A stretch of DNA of 63,251 bases, filler included. It is 5 parts of 5 records of this genome, joined end to end, with 100 filler letters (N's around TTAATTAATTAA, not from the genome) between each part and the next. Parts side by side here need not be neighbours in the genome. Positions count along the whole stretch, not along the records: positions 8,171 to 22,767 come from SRR20825006_765; positions 22,868 to 38,813 come from SRR20825006_767; 3 more parts are not named here. The stretch is one strand, 5' to 3'. The notes under the pieces were generated by a model. That model had not been told where the DNA came from. It saw only the letters and a list, made by a program, of their open reading frames with translations, and did no database searches. Positions 18,314-27,704 of the stretch are shown piece after piece; position 1 is the stretch's first letter, and the number at the start of each line of letters is the position of its first letter. Both the position numbers and the translations under genes were made by a program.

Positions 18314-19524
18314 ATGAAAAAACTCCCGGTCACCGTTCTTAGCGGATTTTTAGGCGCTGGAAAAACCACCCTGCTCAACCATATTTTACACAACAAACAA
18401 GGTCTAAAGGTCGCTGTGATCGTCAATGATATGAGCGAAGTGAATATCGATGCTCAGTTGGTTGAAAATGAAAACACGCTTTCTCGCACTGAAGAAAAAC
18501 TTGTGGAGATGAGCAACGGTTGCATTTGCTGCACCCTAAGAGAAGATCTTATCGTAGAGGTTGAAAAACTGGCTAAAGCCCAAAAGTTTGACTACCTCCT
18601 TATCGAAAGCACCGGCATATCAGAGCCTATCCCTGTGGCACAAACTTTTAGTTTTGAAAGTGAGGATGGCAGCATTGACCTGAGTACCTTCAGTTATGTG
18701 GATACTATGGTCACCGTGGTTGATGCGTTTAATTTCCTCAAAGATTTTTCTAGTCCGCAATATTTGGTAGACCGCAATCTCACCGATATTAATGGAGATA
18801 ACCGCACCATTGTAAATTTACTTACCGATCAGGTGGAATTTGCCAATGTAATTTTATTGAACAAAGTTGACCTCGTCACGGAAGCCGAACTCCGTAACCT
18901 ATACGATATTCTGCATAAGCTGAATCCTGAAGCGCGTATTATACCTACTAAAAATTCGGAGATCGATTTACGCGAAGTGATCAATACCGGACTTTTTGAT
19001 TTTGAAAAAGCCGAAGCTTCGGCGGGATGGATTCGCGAGCTAGAAAATGAGCACACTCCGGAAACCGAAGAATACGGCATTGGCTCTTTTGTTTTCCGTA
19101 GTAAAAAACCGTTTCATCCTGAACGTTTTTTAGCATTTGTTCAGCATCAATTTCCAAGTAACATCATTCGCAGCAAAGGCTTATTCTGGTTGGCTTCACG
19201 ACCTGACCAAGCAATCATATGGAGTTCGGCTGGTGGTTCCTTAAAAACAGATCCTGCCGGCGTTTGGTGGGTATCGATGTCTTTTGCTGAGCGCATCAGC
19301 TATGCAGCTTTTGTAAATAATCAAGCGCTTATTGAAAGTGAATGGGATACGAATTTTGGAGACGAAAGATTGAACTCGTGTTCATCGGGCAGCATCTTGA
19401 GGTGGATCGTATTACCCAACAACTTGAAGCGTGTTTATTAGCAGATGACGAATTAACACAATGGAAAACCGGTAACTTGGATGCCATCGATAATTGGCCC
19501 ATTCCGAAATATCAAAATTTATAA
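18314..19524 (+). pseudogene. COG0523 zinc metallochaperone GTPase (ZigA/YciC-like) with a frameshift near 19363
   Basis: [27 protein letters not shown]. The CobW_C motif FGDR..ELVFIG is split between frames (FGD, then KIELVFIGQ in ORF 19342-19524). Confidence 0.85.
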
Positions 19525-19533
19525 AGAGACATT

Positions 19534-20448
19534 ATGAAAACCCAATTTAAAACTACATACGAAGTCATCATCATTGGCGGAAGCTATTCTGGTCTTTCGG
19601 CCGCGATGGCGCTAGGGCGTTCGTTACGTTCGGTATTAATCATAGATGGCGGAAATCCTTGTAATAAACAAACGCCGCACTCGCATAATTTTATCACGCA
19701 CGATGGCGAAAAACCGCACGTCATTGCACAAAAAGCTAAAGAACAAGTGCTCAATTATGACACTGTTCATTTCTTGGAAGATTTCGCTTTAAGCGGAAAA
19801 AAAACTGAAAACAGTTTTGAAATCAGTACCGAATCTGGGAAAACCTTCAAGGCCAGAAAGCTCATTTTTGCTACTGGAATCAAAGATGTAATGCCAGATA
19901 TTGAAGGGTTTTCAGCATGCTGGGGAATCACCGCCATTCACTGCCCCTATTGTCACGGGTACGAATTCAAATCTCAAAAAACAGCCATCATGGCCAACGG
20001 CGAGCACGCTTTTCATATTGCAAGTTTGGTAAATAACCTCACAGATGATCTCACAATTCTTACGCACGGAACACCCGATTTTGATGAAAACCAACGTGCA
20101 AAACTAAAAAAACATAATATCAACATTATTGAAACTCCGGTTACGAAGTTTGAACATCAAAACGGTTCGCTCGAAAAAGTAATTCTTGAAGATGGTACTT
20201 CTCTGACTTTAAAAGCCGTTTATGCCGGTTTGCCCTTTGAGCAACATTCTGATATTCCACAACAGTTGGGCTGCTCCCTCACGGAAACCGGCCACCTCAA
20301 AGTAGATCTATTTCAAAAAACAGAAGTGCCGGGAATTTATGCTTGCGGTGACAACACCAGCAGAATGCGCTCAGTGGCTTACGCTGTTTCAACAGGGAAT
20401 ATTGTAGGCGCTATGGTTAATAACGAGTTGACGCAAGAAGATTTTTAG
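19534..20448 (+). CDS. FAD/NAD(P)-dependent oxidoreductase, thioredoxin-reductase-like
   Basis: IIGGSYSGLSAA, FATG, HCPYCHGYE, T.VPGIYACGD. Confidence 0.9.
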   Translation: MKTQFKTTYEVIIIGGSYSGLSAAMALGRSLRSVLIIDGGNPCNKQTPHSHNFITHDGEKPHVIAQKAKEQVLNYDTVHFLEDFALSGKKTENSFEISTESGKTFKARKLIFATGIKDVMPDIEGFSACWGITAIHCPYCHGYEFKSQKTAIMANGEHAFHIASLVNNLTDDLTILTHGTPDFDENQRAKLKKHNINIIETPVTKFEHQNGSLEKVILEDGTSLTLKAVYAGLPFEQHSDIPQQLGCSLTETGHLKVDLFQKTEVPGIYACGDNTSRMRSVAYAVSTGNIVGAMVNNELTQEDF

Positions 20449-20500
20449 AAGCATCTGAGATTTCTATTAAATCGTTTTATACATTTGTTAGATACTCGAT

Positions 20501-20809
20501 ATGCACAAAACCGTAAAACATAGAATTTCGCTTGTATTGCTGGCGCTCTTCATTTCGATGAAAATGCTAGGGCTGCACGTACTTGCGCACGACGGTGATC
20601 AAGAGCATTTTGTGCATTGTAAATTGTGTGAGCACGCAGTTGTGGGCGACCATTACAATCCTGCGTTAGTTTCTGATGACACAGCATTTCAAGTTTTAAC
20701 TCCGCAAGCTCCGGCAACCACCCAAATTGTTGACCGCTACGCTTTTACCTTTTGTGATAACTTCATCGCAAACCCGCTTTTCTCCCGGCCTCCTCCGGCG
20801 CAGGCATAA
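20501..20809 (+). CDS. DUF2946-like leader protein (signal/TM segment, His-rich, CxxC, C-terminal RPPP)
   Basis: HCKLCEH and LFSRPPP. Has its own -7 element TACATTTG at 20480-20487. Confidence 0.7.
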   Translation: MHKTVKHRISLVLLALFISMKMLGLHVLAHDGDQEHFVHCKLCEHAVVGDHYNPALVSDDTAFQVLTPQAPATTQIVDRYAFTFCDNFIANPLFSRPPPAQA

Positions 20810-20810
20810 C

Positions 20811-20917
20811 ACTCTAGTTTTAGGATAGTTCCGTGTTATACGCAGTGTTGACATTTTTTGATTTTCGCACTACGCGAAAACACTACACGTATAATCAATT
20901 TCAACATCCTAAAGAGT
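20811..20917 (+). other. Long imperfect RNA stem-loop directly after the RPPP ORF
   Basis: Nested pairings: ACTCT..TTTAGGAT/ATCCTAAAGAGT, TTATACG..AGTGTT/AACACT..CGTATAA, TTTTCGC/GCGAAAA. Confidence 0.6.
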
Positions 20918-21001
20918 CCTTTACAAGCAAAACTGCTTGAAACACCTATTTGATTTTCCGTAGAACAGAACCGCATTTTCAGGTCTCAAAATGGCATTGT
21001 T

Positions 21002-21931
21002 ATGGCCAGACTTTTGTTATATTTTTTACTCACTCCTCTTTTGTTTTGTACAAGTTGTAATAACCCTGCAAAACAAGATAATGTATCTATTATCAACGAA
21101 AAACGCATCGTTGAGACATTCAAGAAAGCGCTAAATACCGTCAGTTTAGACCACTTTTACATCACGCTCGACAGCGTGACTTTTGCCCAGCTTAAAAGCA
21201 GTGATTTTATCAATTCACACTACGCCAACCTAGATCAAGACATTCCTGATTTTACGCCTATCAACGCCAGTTCAACTTCAGCCTATTTACGAGGAAAGCG
21301 CCAATACATTGAAATCTTAGGTCCACAAAATGCATTTAACGAACCCATAGGAAAAAGCGGTATTGGTTTCGCTTTAAGCGAAAAAAAGGGCTTCTCACTC
21401 GCAAACGCTCCTGAACTTCACGAGACCGGAACCAAGTTTCTCAAAGCTGCCGATACGGTTTCCTTCAGTATCAACAACACCGCTGCGGTGTGGTACAAGG
21501 CCTTTTACACCTATGGAATGACTACCAATCTCAGCACTTGGTACGCTTATTACAATCCGGAATTTTTAGGGCATTTGCACGATGAGGAAATCTCAGAATA
21601 TACCAGCGAAGCCTTTTTAAAAACTGCCTATCACCCCAATAAATTATTCAATGAGATTACCGGTATAGAAATGCATTGCAACCTTGCCGATCATTTTAGA
21701 ATTGCACGCGAACTACAATTGCTGGGCTGTACCCTTGCGGGTAAAAAAAACAACGATCTACTCTATGTGATTGACGGTCTCAAGCTGAGTATTCGACTTG
21801 ATGAGACTTTAGACAAAAGTAAGATCACTACGATTGCCGCGACCCTAAATGCGCCAGATCACCGCACCTTGACCTTTAAAAACCTGACCATTAAAAACAC
21901 GGGATATCAAACCGTGTGGTCGCTTAATTAA
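21002..21931 (+). CDS. Hypothetical lipoprotein (DUF5829-like)
   Basis: Lipobox-like FCTSC, LDHFYI.LDS.T, YLRGK..YIEIL. Confidence 0.6.
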   Translation: MARLLLYFLLTPLLFCTSCNNPAKQDNVSIINEKRIVETFKKALNTVSLDHFYITLDSVTFAQLKSSDFINSHYANLDQDIPDFTPINASSTSAYLRGKRQYIEILGPQNAFNEPIGKSGIGFALSEKKGFSLANAPELHETGTKFLKAADTVSFSINNTAAVWYKAFYTYGMTTNLSTWYAYYNPEFLGHLHDEEISEYTSEAFLKTAYHPNKLFNEITGIEMHCNLADHFRIARELQLLGCTLAGKKNNDLLYVIDGLKLSIRLDETLDKSKITTIAATLNAPDHRTLTFKNLTIKNTGYQTVWSLN

Positions 21932-21957
21932 CACTAATATTTTAAACACTAAACATT

Positions 21958-22764
21958 ATGAAAATCAAATTTGTAAGCCTTTTCACCCTCTTAGCCGTTT
22001 TAGCCATTAGCTGCAAAGACAAGCCAAAAGAAACCGAAACAGCAACCGAAGTTGAAGTGGTTGAAGAAACTGCTCAAACCCCTATCACCATTGAAAAATT
22101 AGAAGGATCGCCGGCTTATGCAGATGCTTCGCTCAAAATCACAAAACCTAGCGCTGAAACTGTAAAAGCTACTGCAGGTGGAATCGATTTTGCTTTTGAT
22201 GTGCAAAACTATGAGTTGGGCGCACAAACCGATTCTGATTTGACCGGGACCTTGGCCAACTCAGACAAAGGACAGCACATTCACTTTATCGTGGACAACG
22301 ATCCGTATTCTGCGCATTACGAGCCTACTTTTAAAAAGGAACTGGAAGAAGGCACACATTACGTGGTTGCTTTTTTAAGCCGTTCTTATCACGAAAGCGT
22401 AAAAAACCCGAATGCTTTTATCGCTAAAAAAGTGGTTTTTGGCGCTGAATCTGCTGATGCTCCAGACGTTGACCTAAGTGACCCTACTTTGATTTACAGC
22501 CGCCCTAAAGGGGAATACACCGGTGATGTGACCGAAAACCTTCTGTTAGATTTCTACCTATTAAACACCACACTTTCTGAAGGTGGAAACTATGTAAAAG
22601 CCACCATTAACGGTGAAGAATTCGAGCTAACCGAATGGGTTCCTTACGTAGTAAAAGGACTTCCTAAAGGTGAAGCTAGCGTAAAACTGGAGCTGCTGGA
22701 CAAAGATGGCCAAGTGCTTCCCGGAGCTTTCAATACCGTAGAACGTACTGTGACTCTTAAATAA
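21958..22764 (+). CDS. Lipoprotein of unknown function with GQHIH motif (possible metal binder)
   Basis: Lipobox LAISC, KGQHIHFI.DN.PY.AHY, FLSRSYHES.K. Confidence 0.75.
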   Translation: MKIKFVSLFTLLAVLAISCKDKPKETETATEVEVVEETAQTPITIEKLEGSPAYADASLKITKPSAETVKATAGGIDFAFDVQNYELGAQTDSDLTGTLANSDKGQHIHFIVDNDPYSAHYEPTFKKELEEGTHYVVAFLSRSYHESVKNPNAFIAKKVVFGAESADAPDVDLSDPTLIYSRPKGEYTGDVTENLLLDFYLLNTTLSEGGNYVKATINGEEFELTEWVPYVVKGLPKGEASVKLELLDKDGQVLPGAFNTVERTVTLK

Positions 22765-22767
22765 ATG

Positions 22768-22867
22768 NNNNNNNNNNNNNNNNNNNNNNNNNNNNNNNNN
22801 NNNNNNNNNNNTTAATTAATTAANNNNNNNNNNNNNNNNNNNNNNNNNNNNNNNNNNNNNNNNNNNN
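22768..22867. other. Artificial contig spacer
   Basis: N-run with TTAATTAATTAA. Confidence 0.99.
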
Positions 22868-23545
22868 TACTGCGTGGGCGAGCCCTGGAACCAGCAGGCG
22901 GTATTCAAGGGCATCGGTGTGCCCGTGATTACTGACTACGAAATCTGGAAGAACAACCCGGAAAAAGTGTTCGGCGTGAGCAAAGGCTGGGCCGACAAGT
23001 ATCCCAACACTCACATTCGTGTGGTGAAGGCGATGATCCGTGCGGCCAAATGGCTGGATGAAAACAACAACGCCAACCGTCCGGAGGCCGTAAAGATTCT
23101 GTCCCAGCCCAACTATGTGGGGGCGGACTATGACGTGATTGCCAACTCCATGACCGGCACCTTTGAGTACGAGAAAGGCGACAAGCGCCCAGTGCCGGAT
23201 TTCAATGTGTTCTTCCGCTACAACGCCACTTACCCGTTCTACTCCGATGCCATCTGGTACCTGACCCAGATGCGTCGTTGGGGCCAGATCAGCGAGTCCA
23301 AGCCGGACAGCTGGTACATGGATGTGGCCAAGAAAGTGTACCGCCCGGACATCTATGCCCAGGCGGCCAAGGCCCTGATCGCTGAAGGCAAGATCCCGGC
23401 GGATGAGTTCCCTGATTTCGCTACCGAAGATGGCTTCAAGCCGCCGCAGAAAGGATTTATCGACAACATCACCTACGACGGCCGCAAGCCTAACGGTTAC
23501 TTGGCGAAGTTCCCGATTGGCCTAAAAGAGGGTGACGCGCTTTAA
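22868..23545 (+). CDS. nrtA: Nitrate ABC transporter substrate-binding protein (CmpA/NrtA family), 3' part
   Basis: [23 protein letters not shown]. Confidence 0.9.
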   Translation, partial: YCVGEPWNQQAVFKGIGVPVITDYEIWKNNPEKVFGVSKGWADKYPNTHIRVVKAMIRAAKWLDENNNANRPEAVKILSQPNYVGADYDVIANSMTGTFEYEKGDKRPVPDFNVFFRYNATYPFYSDAIWYLTQMRRWGQISESKPDSWYMDVAKKVYRPDIYAQAAKALIAEGKIPADEFPDFATEDGFKPPQKGFIDNITYDGRKPNGYLAKFPIGLKEGDAL

Positions 23546-23573
23546 GGGCGTGCTCACCTTGGGAGAAGCAATC

Positions 23574-24575
23574 ATGGTGACCCTGACATTCCCGACCTGG
23601 ATGGAACCCTACCGCGCCCTGGCTACCGGCAAGATGACCGGTGAGCAGTGGCAAACGCTACTGCGCCAGTTGATCTGGCCGGTGTTGGGCATGGCGGTCT
23701 TTCTGCTGCTGTGGCAACTGGCTGCTCAACGTATCGACACCTCACTGGGACAATTTCCCGGGCCGGCTGATGTCTGGGAGCAAGCCGGGACTCTGGTGGA
23801 TGAGCACCAGGCGACCCGTGCCAAGGAAGAGGCGTTTCACGAACGCCAGGAAAAATACATTGCCTCGCGTCTGGAACAGCAGCCGGAGTGGGAACCGGTT
23901 TACCGGGACTACACCGGTGCCCCCACCTTCTTTGATCAGATCGGCACCAGCCTGATCACGGTAATGAGCGGTTTCCTGCTGGCCTCTGTGATTGCGATTC
24001 CGCTGGGCATTTTTATCGGTCTGAGCAACACGGCCCATGCCGCCATGAACCCGCTGATTCAGTTGTTCAAGCCGGTGTCGCCGCTGGCCTGGTTGCCACT
24101 GGTCACCATGGTGGTAAGTGCGGTGTACGTGAGCGACGACCCGCTGGTGGCCAAGTCCTTCCTGACCTCCATGTTCACGGTGACGCTGTGCTGCCTGTGG
24201 CCGACGCTGATGAACACGGCGGTGGGGGTGACGTCGGTGAGCCAGGATCTGACTAACGTCTCCAAGGTGCTGCGCCTGAATGCGCTGAGCCACGTGGGCA
24301 AGATCGTGTTGCCCTCTGCGCTGCCGATGATGTTCACCGGCCTGCGCCTGAGTCTGGGGATCGCCTGGATGGTATTGATCGCCGCCGAGATGCTGGCGCA
24401 GAACCCGGGCCTGGGGAAATTCGTCTGGGATGAGTTCCAGAACGGTAGCTCCCAGTCACTGGGCCGGATCATGGTGGCGGTGATCGTGATTGGTCTGATC
24501 GGTTTTCTGCTCGATCGCCTGATGCTCATGCTGCAGCGCGCTCTGGTGTGGGACAAATCTTCCGTACAGCGCTAA
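23574..24575 (+). CDS. nrtB: Nitrate ABC transporter permease
   Basis: KPVSPLAWLP, GLRLSLGIAWMVLIAAEML, G.G.FVWDE. Confidence 0.92.
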   Translation: MVTLTFPTWMEPYRALATGKMTGEQWQTLLRQLIWPVLGMAVFLLLWQLAAQRIDTSLGQFPGPADVWEQAGTLVDEHQATRAKEEAFHERQEKYIASRLEQQPEWEPVYRDYTGAPTFFDQIGTSLITVMSGFLLASVIAIPLGIFIGLSNTAHAAMNPLIQLFKPVSPLAWLPLVTMVVSAVYVSDDPLVAKSFLTSMFTVTLCCLWPTLMNTAVGVTSVSQDLTNVSKVLRLNALSHVGKIVLPSALPMMFTGLRLSLGIAWMVLIAAEMLAQNPGLGKFVWDEFQNGSSQSLGRIMVAVIVIGLIGFLLDRLMLMLQRALVWDKSSVQR

Positions 24576-24591
24576 GGAAAGGAGAAAAGAC

Positions 24592-25431
24592 ATGAAAGCA
24601 TTACTGGAACTCTCCAACGTCGGCATGAAGTTCGACACACCGAAAGGCCAGTTCGAAGCGCTGAAGGATGTGAACCTGAAAATCGATTCTGGCGAATTTG
24701 TCTCGCTGATCGGTCACTCCGGTTGCGGTAAATCCACCGTGCTCAACATTGTTGCCGGCCTGCTACAGGCCACCGATGGTGGAGTGATTCTGGACAAGCA
24801 CGAAGTCACTGAACCCGGCCCGGAGCGGGCGGTGGTGTTCCAGAATCATTCGCTGCTGCCCTGGCTGACCGCGTTTGAAAATGTGGAACTGGCGGTCAAG
24901 CAGGTCTTCAGAAAGACCAAGAGCAAGGCGGAGATCCGTGACTGGGTGGAGCACAACCTGGAGCTGGTGCATATGGCGCACGCCATGCACAAAAAGCCGG
25001 ATGAAATTTCCGGCGGCATGAAGCAACGCGTAGGGATTGCCCGGGCTCTGGCCATGCAGCCCCAGGTGCTGCTCATGGATGAGCCCTTTGGTGCACTGGA
25101 TGCGCTGACCCGGGCGCATCTGCAGGATTCGCTAATGGAGATTCATGCCCAGCTGGGCACCACGGTGATCATGATTACCCACGATGTGGATGAGGCCGTA
25201 TTGCTGTCCGACCGCATTGTGATGATGACCAATGGCCCCTCCGCCACCATCGGCGAGATTCTGGAGGTGACCGTTCCGCGTCCCCGGGACCGTCTGGCCC
25301 TGGCGGACGACCCCACCTTTGTTCGCTGTCGTCAGCAGGTGCTTCAGTTCCTGTACGAGAAACAGCGCAAGGTGGAGCCGCTGCCTAGGCGTAATAGTGC
25401 GAAGGCTGAGGCAAACCGCAAACGCGCCTGA
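24592..25431 (+). CDS. Nitrate ABC transporter ATP-binding protein (NrtC/NrtD)
   Basis: GHSGCGKST, VFQNHSLLPW, ISGGMKQR, DEPFGALDALTR. Confidence 0.92.
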   Translation: MKALLELSNVGMKFDTPKGQFEALKDVNLKIDSGEFVSLIGHSGCGKSTVLNIVAGLLQATDGGVILDKHEVTEPGPERAVVFQNHSLLPWLTAFENVELAVKQVFRKTKSKAEIRDWVEHNLELVHMAHAMHKKPDEISGGMKQRVGIARALAMQPQVLLMDEPFGALDALTRAHLQDSLMEIHAQLGTTVIMITHDVDEAVLLSDRIVMMTNGPSATIGEILEVTVPRPRDRLALADDPTFVRCRQQVLQFLYEKQRKVEPLPRRNSAKAEANRKRA

Positions 25432-25555
25432 AAACTGCATTGAACCACTGATTTATACCGCTCGTTTTTTGTTTTGCAAAAGGCGGGAACGGGGAAGTTA
25501 TGCCCTGAATTTATCCAATGACTTTTATTTTTGGTACTTGCTGAGGAAGAAAACC

Positions 25556-26734
25556 ATGAAACATTCTGCCATCGCCGCCGGCGTGATTCTCTCCACGCTG
25601 GGCTTTACGGGGACCGCCAACGCGGAAGACGATGCCTTCATTACCGCGTTGAAAGACGGCACACCGCTGCTGAATATGCGGCTGCGTTATGAAGACGTGG
25701 ACAGTGATGCCTTTACCGAAGACGGGCAGGCGCTGACCCTGCGTACTCGCCTGGGTTACCAGAGCGGCAAGCTCCACGGTTTTGATGTGATGGGGGAGTT
25801 TGAAGATACCCGTATCGTGGGGCAGGTGGATAACTATGCGCCGCAACAGGCCGGTTATCCGGTCATCGCTGACCCGGAAGTGACCGAACTCAACCGTGCC
25901 GCGATTCGCTATACCGGCAGCAATGCCTTGCAAGGGCTGGTCGCGACATACGGCCGCCAGCGCATTATCTACGACAACGCCCGCTTCGTGGGGAACGTGG
26001 GCTGGCGTCAGGATGAGCAGACCTTTGATGGTGCGCGGATCGATTACGGCATCAGTGATTTCAGTGTCTCTGCGGCACATCTGACCCAGGTGAACGGCAT
26101 TACGCCGGGGTTTGATGCCAATGTGACCAACAATCTTTTCAATGCCAGCTGGGCAGGCATGCCGGGTGGCTCGCTAACCGCATACGCTTACCTACTGGAG
26201 ACCGATAACGTGACCGACTCGCAGAACGACACCTACGGTGTGCGTTATGCCGGTGCTTTCGATCTGGATACGGTAAAGCTGTTGCTCACGCTGGAAGGCG
26301 CTCAACAAGAGGTAGAAGCCGGCGATAGCGACTATTACTTTGCCGAGCTGGGCGCCGAGGTGGCCGGGGTGACGGTAAAAGTGGCACAGGAAGTGCTTGG
26401 TTCAGATGACGGTCTGGTGGCATTCCAGACGCCATTGGCCACCAAGCATGCCTTCAACGGATGGGCGGACCAATTCCTGGTCACCCCGGCGGATGGTCTG
26501 GAAGACACCTTTGTGACCGTGGGCGGCAAGCTGGCCGGGTTCAAATTGGCGGCGGTCTACCATGACTTCCAGTCCAACGAAGGCAGCACGGACTACGGCA
26601 CGGAAACCGACTTGCTGGTGGCCCGACCCATCGGTAAGCACTATGTGGTCGGCCTGAAGTATGCGCAATACAACGCTGACGACGTCAAGGATGACACCAG
26701 CAAGTACTGGGCCTGGGGTGAGATTAAATTCTGA
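25556..26734 (+). CDS. Alginate-export-family outer-membrane beta-barrel
   Basis: Signal peptide, RLRYE.VD, GRQRI..DNARFVGNVGWRQ.EQTFD, FQTPLAT.HAFNGWAD.F, terminal Phe. Confidence 0.85.
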   Translation: MKHSAIAAGVILSTLGFTGTANAEDDAFITALKDGTPLLNMRLRYEDVDSDAFTEDGQALTLRTRLGYQSGKLHGFDVMGEFEDTRIVGQVDNYAPQQAGYPVIADPEVTELNRAAIRYTGSNALQGLVATYGRQRIIYDNARFVGNVGWRQDEQTFDGARIDYGISDFSVSAAHLTQVNGITPGFDANVTNNLFNASWAGMPGGSLTAYAYLLETDNVTDSQNDTYGVRYAGAFDLDTVKLLLTLEGAQQEVEAGDSDYYFAELGAEVAGVTVKVAQEVLGSDDGLVAFQTPLATKHAFNGWADQFLVTPADGLEDTFVTVGGKLAGFKLAAVYHDFQSNEGSTDYGTETDLLVARPIGKHYVVGLKYAQYNADDVKDDTSKYWAWGEIKF

Positions 26735-26755
26735 TCACATTTTGGTGCCGAGCGG

Positions 26756-26785
26756 TGCGTCGCCTTGGTGCACTTTTTCGGTGCT
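26756..26785. promoter_or_regulatory. Putative NtrC binding sites
   Basis: TGCGTCG-CCT-TGGTGCA and TGCACTT-TTT-CGGTGCT resemble TGCACCA-N3-TGGTGCA, 55-85 nt upstream of a sigma54 promoter. Confidence 0.6.
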
Positions 26786-26839
26786 GGCTCAGGAAAAAAC
26801 GAAACACATTGAAAATCATCAGGTTAAGAATGTGATGAC

Positions 26840-26855
26840 TGGCACAACCGTTGCA
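26840..26855 (+). promoter_or_regulatory. Sigma54 (-24/-12) promoter of nasT
   Basis: TGGCAC-AACCG-TTGCA, exact consensus spacing. Confidence 0.88.
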
Positions 26856-26914
26856 AAACAACCCGTAACGACAGCGATTCCGGACGCGCCTGACATGATG
26901 GTTCTGAAAATAAG

Positions 26915-27502
26915 ATGGCTCTGAAAATCATGCTGGTAGATGACCAGCCACCCCGTGCCGCGATTCTCGAGCGGGCACTCATTGATGAGGGCCACGAGAT
27001 CCTGTGCCGCCTGACCAGTGCCGCCGGTTTGGCAGAGAAGGTGCGCAGCAGTAATCCGGATGTGGTGATTGTCGACATGGATGCGCCTGACCGGGACACC
27101 CTGGAAAGCATGGCGCTGGTGCAGCGGGATATCCCGCGACCTATGGTCATGTTCTGCAACAAGGACGACGAAGAGCTGGTGGTGGCGGCGCTGCGCGCGG
27201 GTGTTAGCGCCTACGTGGCTGGAGAAACCGATCTGACCCGGGTGCGCGGTGTCATGCGGGTGGCGACGGCCCGTTTTCGAGAGTACCAGGCGTTGCGTGA
27301 AGAGTTGGAAGAAACCCGTGAAGCCCTGGCTGAGCGGAAGATCATTGAGCGTGCGAAAGGGTTGCTGATGCAGCGTCGTCGGCTCAATGAACAGGATGCC
27401 TATAGCACCCTGCGACGCCAGGCCATGAACAGTGGTCAGCCGCTGATCCAGGTGGCTCAGTCGGTGCTGGATTATGCCGAAATGCTCAAGGCGCAGGGAT
27501 AA
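26915..27502 (+). CDS. nasT: ANTAR-domain antitermination response regulator
   Basis: Receiver-like N-terminus, L.ERK.IERAKGLLM...E.DAY..LR..AM (ANTAR). Confidence 0.9.
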   Translation: MALKIMLVDDQPPRAAILERALIDEGHEILCRLTSAAGLAEKVRSSNPDVVIVDMDAPDRDTLESMALVQRDIPRPMVMFCNKDDEELVVAALRAGVSAYVAGETDLTRVRGVMRVATARFREYQALREELEETREALAERKIIERAKGLLMQRRRLNEQDAYSTLRRQAMNSGQPLIQVAQSVLDYAEMLKAQG

Positions 27503-27551
27503 CTTGCTGGGCGTCTGAGGCCGGGCGCACGACGGAAAAACAGGAGACAAG

Positions 27552-27704
27552 ATGCGACGAGTGATGCCATTGATGAAGGCGCGCAGCCTGATTGAGACAC
27601 CGGAAAAGACGGTGAGCCGGGCTCCTGCCGTAGTGGGCGCCAGGCCAGTTCGCCGTCAGGCGTCCAGCACTCGCCGTGCAGCGTTCACGGAGCAACCAGA
27701 ATGA
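27552..27704 (+). CDS. Unannotated 50-aa basic ORF between nasT and nasS
   Basis: AGGAG RBS at 27542-27546. Stop overlaps the nasS start (ATGA). Confidence 0.4.
   Translation: MRRVMPLMKARSLIETPEKTVSRAPAVVGARPVRRQASSTRRAAFTEQPE

Noticed and set aside
26856-27700. ANTAR two-hairpin target RNA near nasT/nasS
   Set aside because: Only CACCG-GAAAAGA-CGGTG was found, not a pair of hexaloop A1/G4 hairpins. The real target is probably upstream of nrtA, outside the contig.
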